In this document: in pieces, positions 32,462 to 41,823 of the stretch
How positions within the stretch are numbered: position 1 is the stretch's first letter
Layout: each line of letters begins with the position of its first letter
Assembly: GCA_913043255.1 (NCBI GenBank)
Contig: CAJWLK010000001.1
Location: 407,045-471,044 of the forward strand
DNA: 64,000 nt
Direction of reading: 5' to 3'
Source of the DNA: an uncultured Gemmatimonadota bacterium
Lineage (GTDB): Bacteria; Gemmatimonadota; Gemmatimonadetes; Palauibacterales; Palauibacteraceae
Program-made: the position numbers and the translations under genes
Notes under the pieces: model-generated
Seen by the model: only the letters and a program-made list of their open reading frames with translations
The model's database searches: none
Told to the model about the DNA's origin: nothing

Positions 32462-33463
32462 TTAATTTCTTGCCAGATACTGCTCGGCGAGCTTAATGAG
32501 GTGTGGACTCCCCAAAAACACTGGGATGCGTTGATGAAGATCCTCAGGATGAATGTTACGAACTGGTTGCTTCCCATCGCTAGCAAGACCACCTGCCTGT
32601 TCGCACACAAATCCCAGCGGCGCAACTTCGTATAGGAGACGAAGCTTTCCTTTGGGGTTGTCGCGGGTTCCAGGGTACATGAAAATGCCACCGCGAAGTA
32701 TAGTCCGATGGAAGTCTGCTACCATCGACCCTACATACCTGGACGAAAAACTGTCGCTTCCATCTTGCCCCCCATGGAACTGGTGGACGAGCTTTTGCTG
32801 ACCCGCAGTCCACTTCCTCATATAGGCTTCATTAACACTGTAAACATTCGTCCCGGGAGAAGGCATCTTCAAGTCAGGATGAGAGAGCACGAACTCGTCA
32901 ATCGATGGGTCGAGAGTAAAACCGTTTACGCCGGAACCACTTGTGAATACAAACATTGTTGATGGTCCATAGTGAACGTATCCAGCCGCACACTGCTCTG
33001 CTCCGGGCCGAAGTACATCAGTGAGTTGGGCATCTCTTCCTTCACTACGCTTCTTTCGGATTGAGAAGATTGTACCAACGGAAATGTTGACATCGATATT
33101 TGAGCTGCCATCTAGAGGATCAATACAGATCACATAGGGGCCTGTTTCATAATGTTTTGGAATTGAGATGAGCTCTTCTGACTCTTCGGAAGCGATCCCA
33201 CAAACACTCCCCCCCTTACTCAACATCTCGACAATGACAGTATCGGCGTACTCGTCAAGCTTCTGAACTTGTTCTCCATGAACGTTCGTATTACCTGATG
33301 CTCCCAAAATATCCGACAAGCTTGCTTTGCGTACCGAATTAGAGATGACTTTAGCAGCAAGACTCAGCTGAATCAGCACATGGGTGAGTTCGTGGGCATC
33401 CTTAAGATGATCTTGCTTCCCCACTGCAAGAAAATCCTCAAGGGTGACGATCGATTCAGGCAA
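32462..33463 (-). CDS. fbp: Fructose-1,6-bisphosphatase class 1
   Basis: FBPase class 1 motifs (DPLDGSSNID). Confidence 0.9.
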   Translation of the reverse strand: MPESIVTLEDFLAVGKQDHLKDAHELTHVLIQLSLAAKVISNSVRKASLSDILGASGNTNVHGEQVQKLDEYADTVIVEMLSKGGSVCGIASEESEELISIPKHYETGPYVICIDPLDGSSNIDVNISVGTIFSIRKKRSEGRDAQLTDVLRPGAEQCAAGYVHYGPSTMFVFTSGSGVNGFTLDPSIDEFVLSHPDLKMPSPGTNVYSVNEAYMRKWTAGQQKLVHQFHGGQDGSDSFSSRYVGSMVADFHRTILRGGIFMYPGTRDNPKGKLRLLYEVAPLGFVCEQAGGLASDGKQPVRNIHPEDLHQRIPVFLGSPHLIKLAEQYLARN

Positions 33464-33563
33464 AAGGTCCTCCTGGTGGTTTAGCCCTAAGTAATTGCTC
33501 AGCCGGAGACCGGGGGTTCACTATAGTTTTGAACATCTTAGGGCAACCGGACACCGTGTAGTA

Positions 33564-33634
33564 ATTGGCCCCCCAGGACTCGAACCTGGATTACCGGCGT
33601 CAAAGGCCGGGGTCTTGCCATTAGACGAAGGGCC
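33564..33634 (-). tRNA. tRNA-Gln (anticodon UUG); CCA not encoded
   Basis: Hand-folded cloverleaf: 7-bp acceptor stem (U1:A72), D-arm GTCT/AGAC, anticodon stem CCGGC/GCCGG with loop CUUUGAC, T-loop TTCGAGT. Confidence 0.85.
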
Positions 33635-33767
33635 AATGGGAAAGCCATCGCTCAGACGGTTCTCCCCGATAAAGGGTAATGTGCGAAGATGGTGGACAAC
33701 CTTCTACAATGCCAACCACGACAAATATCTAAGACCTCGCGCAGTTCACCTGACCGCACAACCTTTG

Positions 33768-34679
33768 CTAAACCGGCAGTTTAACCTCTAACACATCCCA
33801 CCCGTGTTCAACTACAAGAGAACTTGACTCAATGTGAGTGCGAGCATTAGCACACGCATCTGTGTCCGGAAAAATCCCAAAAAGTGCTGACCCTGATCCC
33901 GTCATGCCCGAGCACGAAGCTTCATACTTTCGGAGTTCGTTAACTCCCCGAGCCAAATCAGGATACCGTGAAAACACTGGCCCCTCGAGATCGTTGATGA
34001 CCAAACGCTCCATTGATTCCCACTGAGCGATTCGGGTTGTGCCCGGCAGCGCAGCAGATCCTTGGTTAAGGATTGTTCCTGGCGCATTCGATAACTCATG
34101 CACCCGTGCATCGCGCAACCAACTGTACGCATCCGGAGTGGAAATATGCGCCCCAGAGCAGAGAACCAGTGCCGGGCGGGAGGGTGGGGCTCGCAGAGGA
34201 AGAAGACGTCGACCCCTTTCCCACCCAAGCGCCATGGGAACCTCTAGCATAGAAAACGGAACATCACTTCCCACTTGCCCTGCAATGAGAAGAAGGTCGC
34301 GTTCGTTCAATTGATTCCACCGACGGGCAAGAAGTCGCAGAGTTGCCGCAGCATCAGCGCTACCTCCCCCTAACCCGCTTCCGTGGGGTATCCGCTTCAG
34401 CAGCGTAAAACGGAGTCCAGGCCGCTTTTTATGTCTAAAAACCTGATCGAGAAAGAGTTCTGCTGCCTGCCAACATAAATTATCGGGTCCATTTGGCACG
34501 CCTTCAGAAAATGGGCCGCCTACTTCAATTGAAATGCCTGCTCCCGTTTCTTCTAATGCAACAATATCGGCGAGATCTGTCCGCACAAGGATCGTCTCCA
34601 CACCATGGAAACCAGCCTCATCCCTCTCAAAAACACGGTGTCGGAGATTGATTTTCGCGGGAGCTTGTGTCTCCATCAT
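33768..34679 (-). CDS. ispE: 4-diphosphocytidyl-2-C-methyl-D-erythritol kinase
   Basis: GHMP kinase motif (PHGSGLGGGSADAA). Confidence 0.88.
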   Translation of the reverse strand: MMETQAPAKINLRHRVFERDEAGFHGVETILVRTDLADIVALEETGAGISIEVGGPFSEGVPNGPDNLCWQAAELFLDQVFRHKKRPGLRFTLLKRIPHGSGLGGGSADAAATLRLLARRWNQLNERDLLLIAGQVGSDVPFSMLEVPMALGWERGRRLLPLRAPPSRPALVLCSGAHISTPDAYSWLRDARVHELSNAPGTILNQGSAALPGTTRIAQWESMERLVINDLEGPVFSRYPDLARGVNELRKYEASCSGMTGSGSALFGIFPDTDACANARTHIESSSLVVEHGWDVLEVKLPV

Positions 34680-34733
34680 ACAGTGGATCGAAGAGTTCTA
34701 GAAACCTCTTTTTTCAAAGATATCAAAAGGTTT

Positions 34734-35822
34734 TCACTCCGATTGACTCAGAGTCAATCGATCTCGGTCTGAGTGTATCAAAGAAAGATCTTCAACTTGT
34801 TCCGGATCACTTGCCACACGCCCCACTTCATCGCTATTCCCCAATTCGTCGCGGCTGATGCCCAGTTTTCTCATATACCAAATACCGAGAACTGTTATGG
34901 GTATAAACGTGAGCAAATGATACCCAGCTGCAAAACTAATTATCCGCGAAGGTTCAATATTGTAGATCTCTAAGGCGAACCGCGTAGCGGCTTCGAAGGG
35001 TCCAAAGAAACCGGGGGTAGATGGGATTGCAACCGCAAAGCCTATAACTGTCTGAAGAAACAAAGCTCCTGGGATTCCTGGCTCAAGAATCCCAAAAGCC
35101 AAGAAACCCAAATAGAAAGAAAAAGCATTCCACCCCCATACCACGACAGACCAAAGAAACGCTCTTACGAATACGTGCGCATGCTTCAACGCGCCCAAAC
35201 CCGCTACGAATGAAACCAAGATGATGTTCACCTTCTCAGCAAGTGAACGGGGACCAAACCTATGAAACCATCTTTCGACAAAACGGAGGAATCGATTCGG
35301 ACTGCGCACTAGAATCCCGAGCGTAACCAAACCGATCCCGACTCCGATGACTACGGCAGTGAATATCCCACTGACCGCACCCGACACTGAAGTTTCTCCC
35401 ACACCAAGCAAGATTGCGAAAACCAGAAAGGTTATCAGGACAATTGCATCAAGGAGCCTTTCAACAACAAGGGAAGCCAGCGCAGCACTGATACCCACGG
35501 GCTCGATACGAGATAGAGAGTATGCTCGTGCAAACTCACCGATACGTGCCGGAAGAACATTGTTGACCATAAACCCAATGCATACAGCTGCGTAGCGCGA
35601 TACAAAGGGAAGTTGGTATCCTGTTGGCGCTAGGAGCACCCGCCACCGTATAGCACGAAGATGGAAGGTTAGTGTGGCCACTACAGTGGCAGCGAAAAGT
35701 AACCAAAGATTCGCCTGCCCCAAGTGTCCCATTAGTTCGGTCGTTGATACATCGCGCAGAGCATAAAAGAGCAAAGCGATCGACAGAACGATCCCCAGCA
35801 CGATTGTCACACGTCGTGTCAC
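34734..35822 (-). CDS. UPF0104 / lysyl-PG-synthase-TM-like (flippase-like) membrane protein
   Basis: About 8 TM helices with family-like organisation. Confidence 0.6.
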   Translation of the reverse strand: MTRRVTIVLGIVLSIALLFYALRDVSTTELMGHLGQANLWLLFAATVVATLTFHLRAIRWRVLLAPTGYQLPFVSRYAAVCIGFMVNNVLPARIGEFARAYSLSRIEPVGISAALASLVVERLLDAIVLITFLVFAILLGVGETSVSGAVSGIFTAVVIGVGIGLVTLGILVRSPNRFLRFVERWFHRFGPRSLAEKVNIILVSFVAGLGALKHAHVFVRAFLWSVVVWGWNAFSFYLGFLAFGILEPGIPGALFLQTVIGFAVAIPSTPGFFGPFEAATRFALEIYNIEPSRIISFAAGYHLLTFIPITVLGIWYMRKLGISRDELGNSDEVGRVASDPEQVEDLSLIHSDRDRLTLSQSE

Positions 35823-36574
35823 CCTCGCGCCTCACGGATCAGCTGTCCCATCTCGAAAACAGCTCGTTCCATCCCGACGAGAACAGAACGGCTCACTATA
35901 GAGTGACCAATGCTCAACTCTTCGAATTCTGTGATGGCCGCCACAGGTTGAACATTTTCGTACGTGAGTCCATGCCCAGCGTGGATACCAAGCCCAAGTC
36001 TTACACCCTCTTTGACCGCCTTGACCAGCCTTTCAATCTCACGATCCGCTGTCACGCGGTCGACCGAATTCGCATACTCCCCGGTGTGAAGTTCAATTGC
36101 ATTTGCCCCCAACAAAGCAGCTTCAGTCACTGTAGCAGGATCCGGATCTATAAACAGTGACACTCTAGTCCCTACTGATTGAAGTTGTGTGATGGCTGAC
36201 TTGATCCGATTCGGGTCGAGCGAAAGGTCAAGCCCTCCCTCTGTCGTCAACTCCTCCCGTTTCTCGGGAACGAGAGTCGCCTGTGCAGGAGCCCAAACTT
36301 CCGCAAGACCGAGCACCTCATCCTCTACAGCAAGTTCTAAATTGACAAATGTGCGCACCGTGGACATGAGCAGCTCAACGTCGCGGTCGCCGATGTGACG
36401 TCGATCTTCTCTAAGATGCACGGTAATCCCATGCGCACCCCCGAGTTCTGCGAGCACCGCAGCACGCACAGGATCAGGCTCATCTGTACCCCGAGCCTCC
36501 CGAACAGTCGCGATATGATCGACATTCACACATAGCCGACAATCGGCCAGGTGTGCAAAACTCTCATTCCCCAT
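35819..36574 (-). CDS. pdxJ: Pyridoxine 5'-phosphate synthase
   Basis: LCVNVDHIATVR(E/Q)ARG N-terminal signature. Confidence 0.9.
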   Translation of the reverse strand: MGNESFAHLADCRLCVNVDHIATVREARGTDEPDPVRAAVLAELGGAHGITVHLREDRRHIGDRDVELLMSTVRTFVNLELAVEDEVLGLAEVWAPAQATLVPEKREELTTEGGLDLSLDPNRIKSAITQLQSVGTRVSLFIDPDPATVTEAALLGANAIELHTGEYANSVDRVTADREIERLVKAVKEGVRLGLGIHAGHGLTYENVQPVAAITEFEELSIGHSIVSRSVLVGMERAVFEMGQLIREARG

Positions 36575-36657
36575 CGTGAATATCCCTTTTAGCTCTGCAG
36601 TTTCACAAGCTGTTTCACCTACTGTTCAAAGCGTGAATATACAAGCCTTCTTCCTAT

Positions 36658-37956
36658 TCAGGCCGCATCGAAAACTTCGACGATGAGGCCATTTGTCTCT
36701 CGCCAACGACCAGCTACGGCCGTTGGAACGCGGGCAGTTATCATCATACGTCCAGCTTCATATCCACGCTCGAGCACCTCGCCCACCCGGTACGCCTCTG
36801 CAAGAGTTCGGCCATCGATCACCGGGAAACTCACTCGAACCGTCACGAGGCGTGCACGCATAGCAGCTTGTAAAGCCTCTCTCAGTGAGTCCAGTCCACC
36901 TCGCTCAATAACCGATGTGAAGACCTGCGGTCCTAAGAAGGCAGCGGTGCGCGACCTAAGAGCTTGTTCCTCCGCATGCGTCAGTCGATCAATCTTGTTC
37001 ATTACAAAGAGCACAGGGCGTTCATTTACCCCTGAGGCGACCAAAACTTCGTTGACCGCTTCATTGTGCTCTTCCCAGTTAGGAGAAGAAGCATCGATCA
37101 CATGAAGTAAAAGATCCGCCTCCAACAACTCCTCAAGCGTAGCCCGAAATGACGCTATAAGATGGTGCGGCAGTTTGCGAATGAATCCCACTGTGTCGGT
37201 CAGAAGAATAGGGCCAGGCCCTTCTAAATCGCAGATTCGCGTGGCTGAGTCGAGCGTCGCAAAGAGCCTGTCTTCCACAAAAACATCACTTCCCGACAAC
37301 TCCCTCAAGATTGAAGATTTCCCCGCATTTGTATACCCGACAAGTGCAACGGCGAACTGTTCCTTGCGAGCTTTGCGCTGTGTAGCTCGTCTCTTTTCCA
37401 TTTGGCGGAGGTCACGGCGAAGGTTGGTCAACCTGCGATCGATAAGCCTACGGTCGGTCTCAAGCTGTTGTTCACCAGGACCCCGAGCACCGATACCTCC
37501 ACCTTCTCTGGAGAGGTGTGTCCACATCCGCTTGAGACGTGATCTCATATATTGGAGCTGAGCGACCTCTACCTGGAGCTTCGATTCCGAAGTTTTTGCT
37601 CGTAGAGCGAAAATGTCGAGAATAAGCTCTGTGCGATCCATCGCACGTGTTCCTAGAGCTTTCTCAAGCTTCACCCCCTGGGCCGGAGAGAGATCTTCGT
37701 CGAAGATGGCGAGAGAGGCATCGTGCTCTTTTAAGGCACGAGAGAGTTGTTCAACCTTCCCTTTGCCAATATAAGTTGACGCGTTGGGAGTTCTCAGCCG
37801 TTGAACAACCATCCCACAGACATCTGCCCCAGCCGTGTTTGCCAGTCTAGCTAACTCCTCAAGGTGCTCATCAACCACCTGCTGTGGCATATCGAACGGT
37901 GGCGCTCCCACAAGGATCGCTCGCTCCGCATTTTTCTTTACCGTCAAGTCTCCCAC
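36658..37956 (-). CDS. hflX: GTPase HflX
   Basis: HflX N-domain and G-domain (VALVGYTNAGKSSIL). Confidence 0.9.
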   Translation of the reverse strand: MGDLTVKKNAERAILVGAPPFDMPQQVVDEHLEELARLANTAGADVCGMVVQRLRTPNASTYIGKGKVEQLSRALKEHDASLAIFDEDLSPAQGVKLEKALGTRAMDRTELILDIFALRAKTSESKLQVEVAQLQYMRSRLKRMWTHLSREGGGIGARGPGEQQLETDRRLIDRRLTNLRRDLRQMEKRRATQRKARKEQFAVALVGYTNAGKSSILRELSGSDVFVEDRLFATLDSATRICDLEGPGPILLTDTVGFIRKLPHHLIASFRATLEELLEADLLLHVIDASSPNWEEHNEAVNEVLVASGVNERPVLFVMNKIDRLTHAEEQALRSRTAAFLGPQVFTSVIERGGLDSLREALQAAMRARLVTVRVSFPVIDGRTLAEAYRVGEVLERGYEAGRMMITARVPTAVAGRWRETNGLIVEVFDAA

Positions 37957-39371
37957 TCGTCTCCTTCACGAGCCTTCCGTATCTCCATGAGTCGGCGTCT
38001 TGCTTCGGACTCCCACCCCCTATTGTGTGGGAGATACCAACCATCGGTAGCGACACCATCGGGAAGATAGGTCTGATGAGCCACCGCGTTTTCGGAATCG
38101 TGGTCGTATTTGTAGCCCGCACCATACTCCAGATCCTTCATCAACTGAGTAGGTGCATTTCGAATATGCAGAGGCACTGGCACAGAAGATGTATCGCGAG
38201 CCATCTGGAGTGCTTTGTTGTAAGCTCGATACACAGCATTCGATTTTGGTGCCAGAGCTAAGTAGGTAACCGCCTCAGCTAACGCGAGGTCCCCCTCCGG
38301 ACTTCCGAGAAATTGGTACGCCTCTCGAGCAGCAACTACCAGGTGGAGCGCTCTCGGATCCGCCAGGCCCACGTCCTCGACAGCCATCCGAACGAGCCGA
38401 CGGGCCAGGTACATGGGATCCTCTCCCGCATCAAGCATGCGGGCAAACCAGTACAAAGACGCATCAATGTCAGAGCCACGGATGGATTTGTGAAGTGCAG
38501 AAATCAGATTGTAGTGTTGTTCACCTGATTTGTCGTAGCGAGCAAATCGATGTTGGAGTGCCGCCTCAATATGTTCGACTTCAATAGTGCTCGAATCTGT
38601 CTCAGCCGACACGAGGTCAGCGGCAGTTTCTAGCGCATTAAGTGCACGGCGTGCATCTCCATCGGATTCCAACGCGATTCGACCAAGTGCCTCTTCGTCA
38701 ATCCGGAGATTTCGTGTCCGCAAACCTCGTTCTTCATCGTTCAATGCACGACGACAAATCTCAGCCAGATCTTCTTCACTTAAGGCTGTGAGCACCAAGA
38801 CACGAGTTCGAGACAGGAGTGGGCCTACCACTTCAAAACTAGGATTTTCTGTAGTCGCGCCAATGAGCGTAACCACTCCCTGCTCCACATGCGGCAATAG
38901 CGCATCCTGCTGCGCTCTATTGAAGCGGTGGATCTCATCCACGAAAAGGACGGTTCCTCGGTTTAGGCTCTTTTTTCTTGTTCGAGCCTCACCAATTATC
39001 TCCCTTACTCGCGGGATTCCATCCGTAACCGCTGAGAAACCAACAAACGTAGCTTCTACTCGCCCCGCCAGTAGGCTTGCCAGGGTCGTCTTTCCGCTAC
39101 CCGGTGGCCCCCACAAAATGAGACTCGGGACCCGGCCACTCTCGATCAGTTTGAAAAGTGGACCCTCTTTTCCTACAAGGTTTTTTTGTCCTACAAATTC
39201 ATCCAAGGATCGAGGCCGCATCCGCGCGGCAAGTGGCGCATCATCAGACCAGGGAAAGGTCTCAGTCGAAACAGTATTTCCTTCTTCGGACAAGACTCCA
39301 TCACTGTCAAATCCTCCGCTACTGAAAAGACTCGGCTCATCACGCATCGGAGGACAATGACTCCGGCACAA
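37944..39371 (-). CDS. rarA: Replication-associated recombination protein RarA/MgsA (AAA+)
   Basis: Walker A LILWGPPGSGKTTLA and MgsA C-terminal domains. Confidence 0.9.
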   Translation of the reverse strand: MCRSHCPPMRDEPSLFSSGGFDSDGVLSEEGNTVSTETFPWSDDAPLAARMRPRSLDEFVGQKNLVGKEGPLFKLIESGRVPSLILWGPPGSGKTTLASLLAGRVEATFVGFSAVTDGIPRVREIIGEARTRKKSLNRGTVLFVDEIHRFNRAQQDALLPHVEQGVVTLIGATTENPSFEVVGPLLSRTRVLVLTALSEEDLAEICRRALNDEERGLRTRNLRIDEEALGRIALESDGDARRALNALETAADLVSAETDSSTIEVEHIEAALQHRFARYDKSGEQHYNLISALHKSIRGSDIDASLYWFARMLDAGEDPMYLARRLVRMAVEDVGLADPRALHLVVAAREAYQFLGSPEGDLALAEAVTYLALAPKSNAVYRAYNKALQMARDTSSVPVPLHIRNAPTQLMKDLEYGAGYKYDHDSENAVAHQTYLPDGVATDGWYLPHNRGWESEARRRLMEIRKAREGDEWET

Positions 39372-40710
39372 CTCCTAGCTCAAAGAGGTGACGAGTTTCT
39401 GCGATCAGTGTTTCACATGTATTTTTCCGAGGGTCCTCCAAAACTTTTTTCAACAGGTGCTCCAGAAGAAATCCAACCATGGGCCCTGGAGGGACGCCCA
39501 GTTTAAGAATGTCGTCCCCATTAATGTCCAAGTCTTGAACTTTGAGAGGATGATTCTGAAGCTTCTCTTGGTGTAAAAGTCTCCAAATCACCAAAATGTC
39601 GCTTTCTCTACGCTCCAATTTAGCTGATCGCGCATCGGCAACGTGGAGTCGAATAACATCGCGCCAACTTTCCCCAACCTCTGACAGCCATTGCCGATGT
39701 CTCTTCGGCGAGTCAAGTGCATTAACAAAAGGCAAATAGTGCTCTACAAGATTCCCTATGACCCCACGTTGGGCATTCGAGAACTTTAAGCGGTTTAACA
39801 GAGACAGGCTCGCCGCCCTACGCACAACTGCATCTTCACCTGTCTGGATCAACCAACGCGCTAAGCGGACAAACGGATGTCGGCAGGATATGGCGTCTAT
39901 AGCATCGAAGGATGCATCCCAAATTTCATGACTCGAACTTGCATTTACTAGTTCTGGATACCAATGCGGCAGAACGTCAAACTCCGTGTAAAGGCAAAGC
40001 GCAGAGGACGGCGTCTGGTCTGTAAGCACTTTCATGAGTTCTTCACGAACTCGTTCTGCCGAGAGGCGAGGCAGTCCTCCCACGGCCTCCCGCATTGCAT
40101 TGGCAGTTGACTCCTCTAACTTGAGATCAAACCGACCTGCGAAACGCATACCTCGAAGCACCCTCAAATAGTCTTCCTTAAACCTGCGCGCAGCAGTTCC
40201 TACTGCCCGAAGAACACGATCATCAAAATCAGAAACACCATCAAACGGATCACGCACATCCCCTGTGCGCGGCCTCCAGGCAATAGCATTGATTGTGAAA
40301 TCACGACGAGCCAAGTCTTCTTCGATCGAGTCAGCAAACGTCACCTGGGCGTGTCTACCGTCGGTCTTCACATCTCGCCGAAACGTCGTGACCTCATACA
40401 AATCATCATGACACAATACCCCGATAGTACCATGCTCAACTCCAATGGGTACTGTCCGGGAGAATAGGTTCCCTACCTCTTCTGGACGTGCCTCCGTCGC
40501 AATGTCCCAGTCTTCTTCACGCTTACCCTTTCCCCCGCCACAAGCAGCACGAACAGCCCCACCGACAGCCCACGCTTTAAAACCAGCTTGTTCGAGTCGG
40601 TTAGCAATTTCTATAAAGCCGTCTGGTGGCTTCAGCACGGAAGTGTCAAGCGTCATGAATGTACGGACCACAGCGAAAAGGGACTCATCCGCATAAAACG
40701 CTTCCACCAT
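39340..40710 (-). CDS. cca: CCA-adding / poly(A)-polymerase-family tRNA nucleotidyltransferase with HD domain
   Basis: Pol-beta-like NTase head (GGAVRD...) and HD-type C-terminus. Confidence 0.8.
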   Translation of the reverse strand: MVEAFYADESLFAVVRTFMTLDTSVLKPPDGFIEIANRLEQAGFKAWAVGGAVRAACGGGKGKREEDWDIATEARPEEVGNLFSRTVPIGVEHGTIGVLCHDDLYEVTTFRRDVKTDGRHAQVTFADSIEEDLARRDFTINAIAWRPRTGDVRDPFDGVSDFDDRVLRAVGTAARRFKEDYLRVLRGMRFAGRFDLKLEESTANAMREAVGGLPRLSAERVREELMKVLTDQTPSSALCLYTEFDVLPHWYPELVNASSSHEIWDASFDAIDAISCRHPFVRLARWLIQTGEDAVVRRAASLSLLNRLKFSNAQRGVIGNLVEHYLPFVNALDSPKRHRQWLSEVGESWRDVIRLHVADARSAKLERRESDILVIWRLLHQEKLQNHPLKVQDLDINGDDILKLGVPPGPMVGFLLEHLLKKVLEDPRKNTCETLIAETRHLFELGVVPESLSSDA

Positions 40711-41464
40711 TTACATTTAAAACCTCACCCGTAATGTGACGGGCAGCATCCGACAGCAGAAAACAGATCGGACCCGCAATATCTCGGGCAGTTGCAATCC
40801 TTCCGAGCGGAATCTGGGATAGCGCGCGAATCCGATTCTCTCCACGTAGTGCATCCATAGCCATATCGGTTTCCACCCATCCAGGGGCAACTGCATTCAC
40901 ATTTATCGACTCAGGACCTAGTTCACTTGCAATCGACTTACAGAAGGAGATAATCGCACCCTTAGAAGCCGCATAATGACTATGGTGTGCCTCTCCACGT
41001 TGCCCCGCCGTTGAAGAAACGAGCACTACCCGACCACCGCTATTCATTCTAGATGTTGCTGCTCGTGTGGTCAGGTAGATTGAGGTGAGATTCACCTCCA
41101 ACATCTCGGCCCATTCTTCTGGCTCAAGAGCAACGAGTGGCCGCGGCTGGACATTCCAGATGCCTGCGTTCCCTACAAAACCGTCGAGACCACCGAATTC
41201 CTTATCCACGCGCTCAAACAAACGACTGCAACCATCAGAGTTGGAAAGATCAGCCTCCGCATACCAATGCTGCCCCTGCGGAGCATGCGTATATGCCTCT
41301 TCAATAACCTCCTTAGCCGCTTTAACAGCGCGATGGTAGGCAATACCAATTGAAGCACCTGAAATCGCTAACAAACGCACCGTAGCTCGACCGATACCAC
41401 GAGAACCTCCGGTAACGAGGACTCGCCGACCCGAAAGCCCTGGATACGATAAAAGTTCACCCAC
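40685..41464 (-). CDS. SDR-family oxidoreductase (FabG-like). The start was trimmed to the GTG at 41464; the track ORF extends to 41632 and overlaps the upstream ORF.
   Basis: TGGSRGIG Rossmann motif and catalytic YxxxK (YAASK). Trimming gives a typical ~259-aa SDR with a GGAGGG RBS. Confidence 0.8.
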   Translation of the reverse strand: MGELLSYPGLSGRRVLVTGGSRGIGRATVRLLAISGASIGIAYHRAVKAAKEVIEEAYTHAPQGQHWYAEADLSNSDGCSRLFERVDKEFGGLDGFVGNAGIWNVQPRPLVALEPEEWAEMLEVNLTSIYLTTRAATSRMNSGGRVVLVSSTAGQRGEAHHSHYAASKGAIISFCKSIASELGPESINVNAVAPGWVETDMAMDALRGENRIRALSQIPLGRIATARDIAGPICFLLSDAARHITGEVLNVNGGSVLCG

Positions 41465-41816
41465 GTTCGTCACTGACTCCCTCCAGTAATGCTCCGATGG
41501 AACCGCATGGACCAATTCGTCTGGCCATGTTGATAGTGAAGTTGGCACTACCTCCGAGAGCAGGATCAGTGGCCGCTTCAAAGGCGTACGTGAGCAGTGC
41601 ATCAGCAGCGAGAAGGACGATCGCACTATCACTATCCCCTACGTTGTTTGCGACACTCTCAAAGCCATACAAAGCCGCTTTAGTCATTCCAGAAACCGGA
41701 TGCAATCTATGCCATGGAGCCATCAAATCACGGATGGCTTCTGCCAGATGGGGTGGCACTTCTATTAAATGCCGATCGAGCCAATTTTCGGACGTAGATA
41801 TTGGTGTTGATGACAC
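41457..41816 (-). CDS. Hypothetical 119-aa protein, translationally coupled to the SDR gene
   Basis: Clean ORF between alaS and the SDR gene; its stop overlaps the SDR GTG start (GTGGGTGA); no recognisable motif. Confidence 0.45.
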   Translation of the reverse strand: MSSTPISTSENWLDRHLIEVPPHLAEAIRDLMAPWHRLHPVSGMTKAALYGFESVANNVGDSDSAIVLLAADALLTYAFEAATDPALGGSANFTINMARRIGPCGSIGALLEGVSDERG

Positions 41817-41823
41817 GAGGACC

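Noticed and set aside
38587-39360. 257-aa ORF antisense to rarA, rich in Ser/Ala/Arg
   Set aside because: Typical GC-rich antisense shadow ORF. It has low-complexity composition and lies entirely inside the well-supported rarA gene.
40685-41632. Full-length 315-aa version of the SDR ORF with a 56-aa N-terminal extension
   Set aside because: The extension overlaps the upstream 119-aa ORF, lacks SDR homology and has no good RBS. The in-frame GTG at 41464 with a GGAGGG RBS gives a canonical SDR length.
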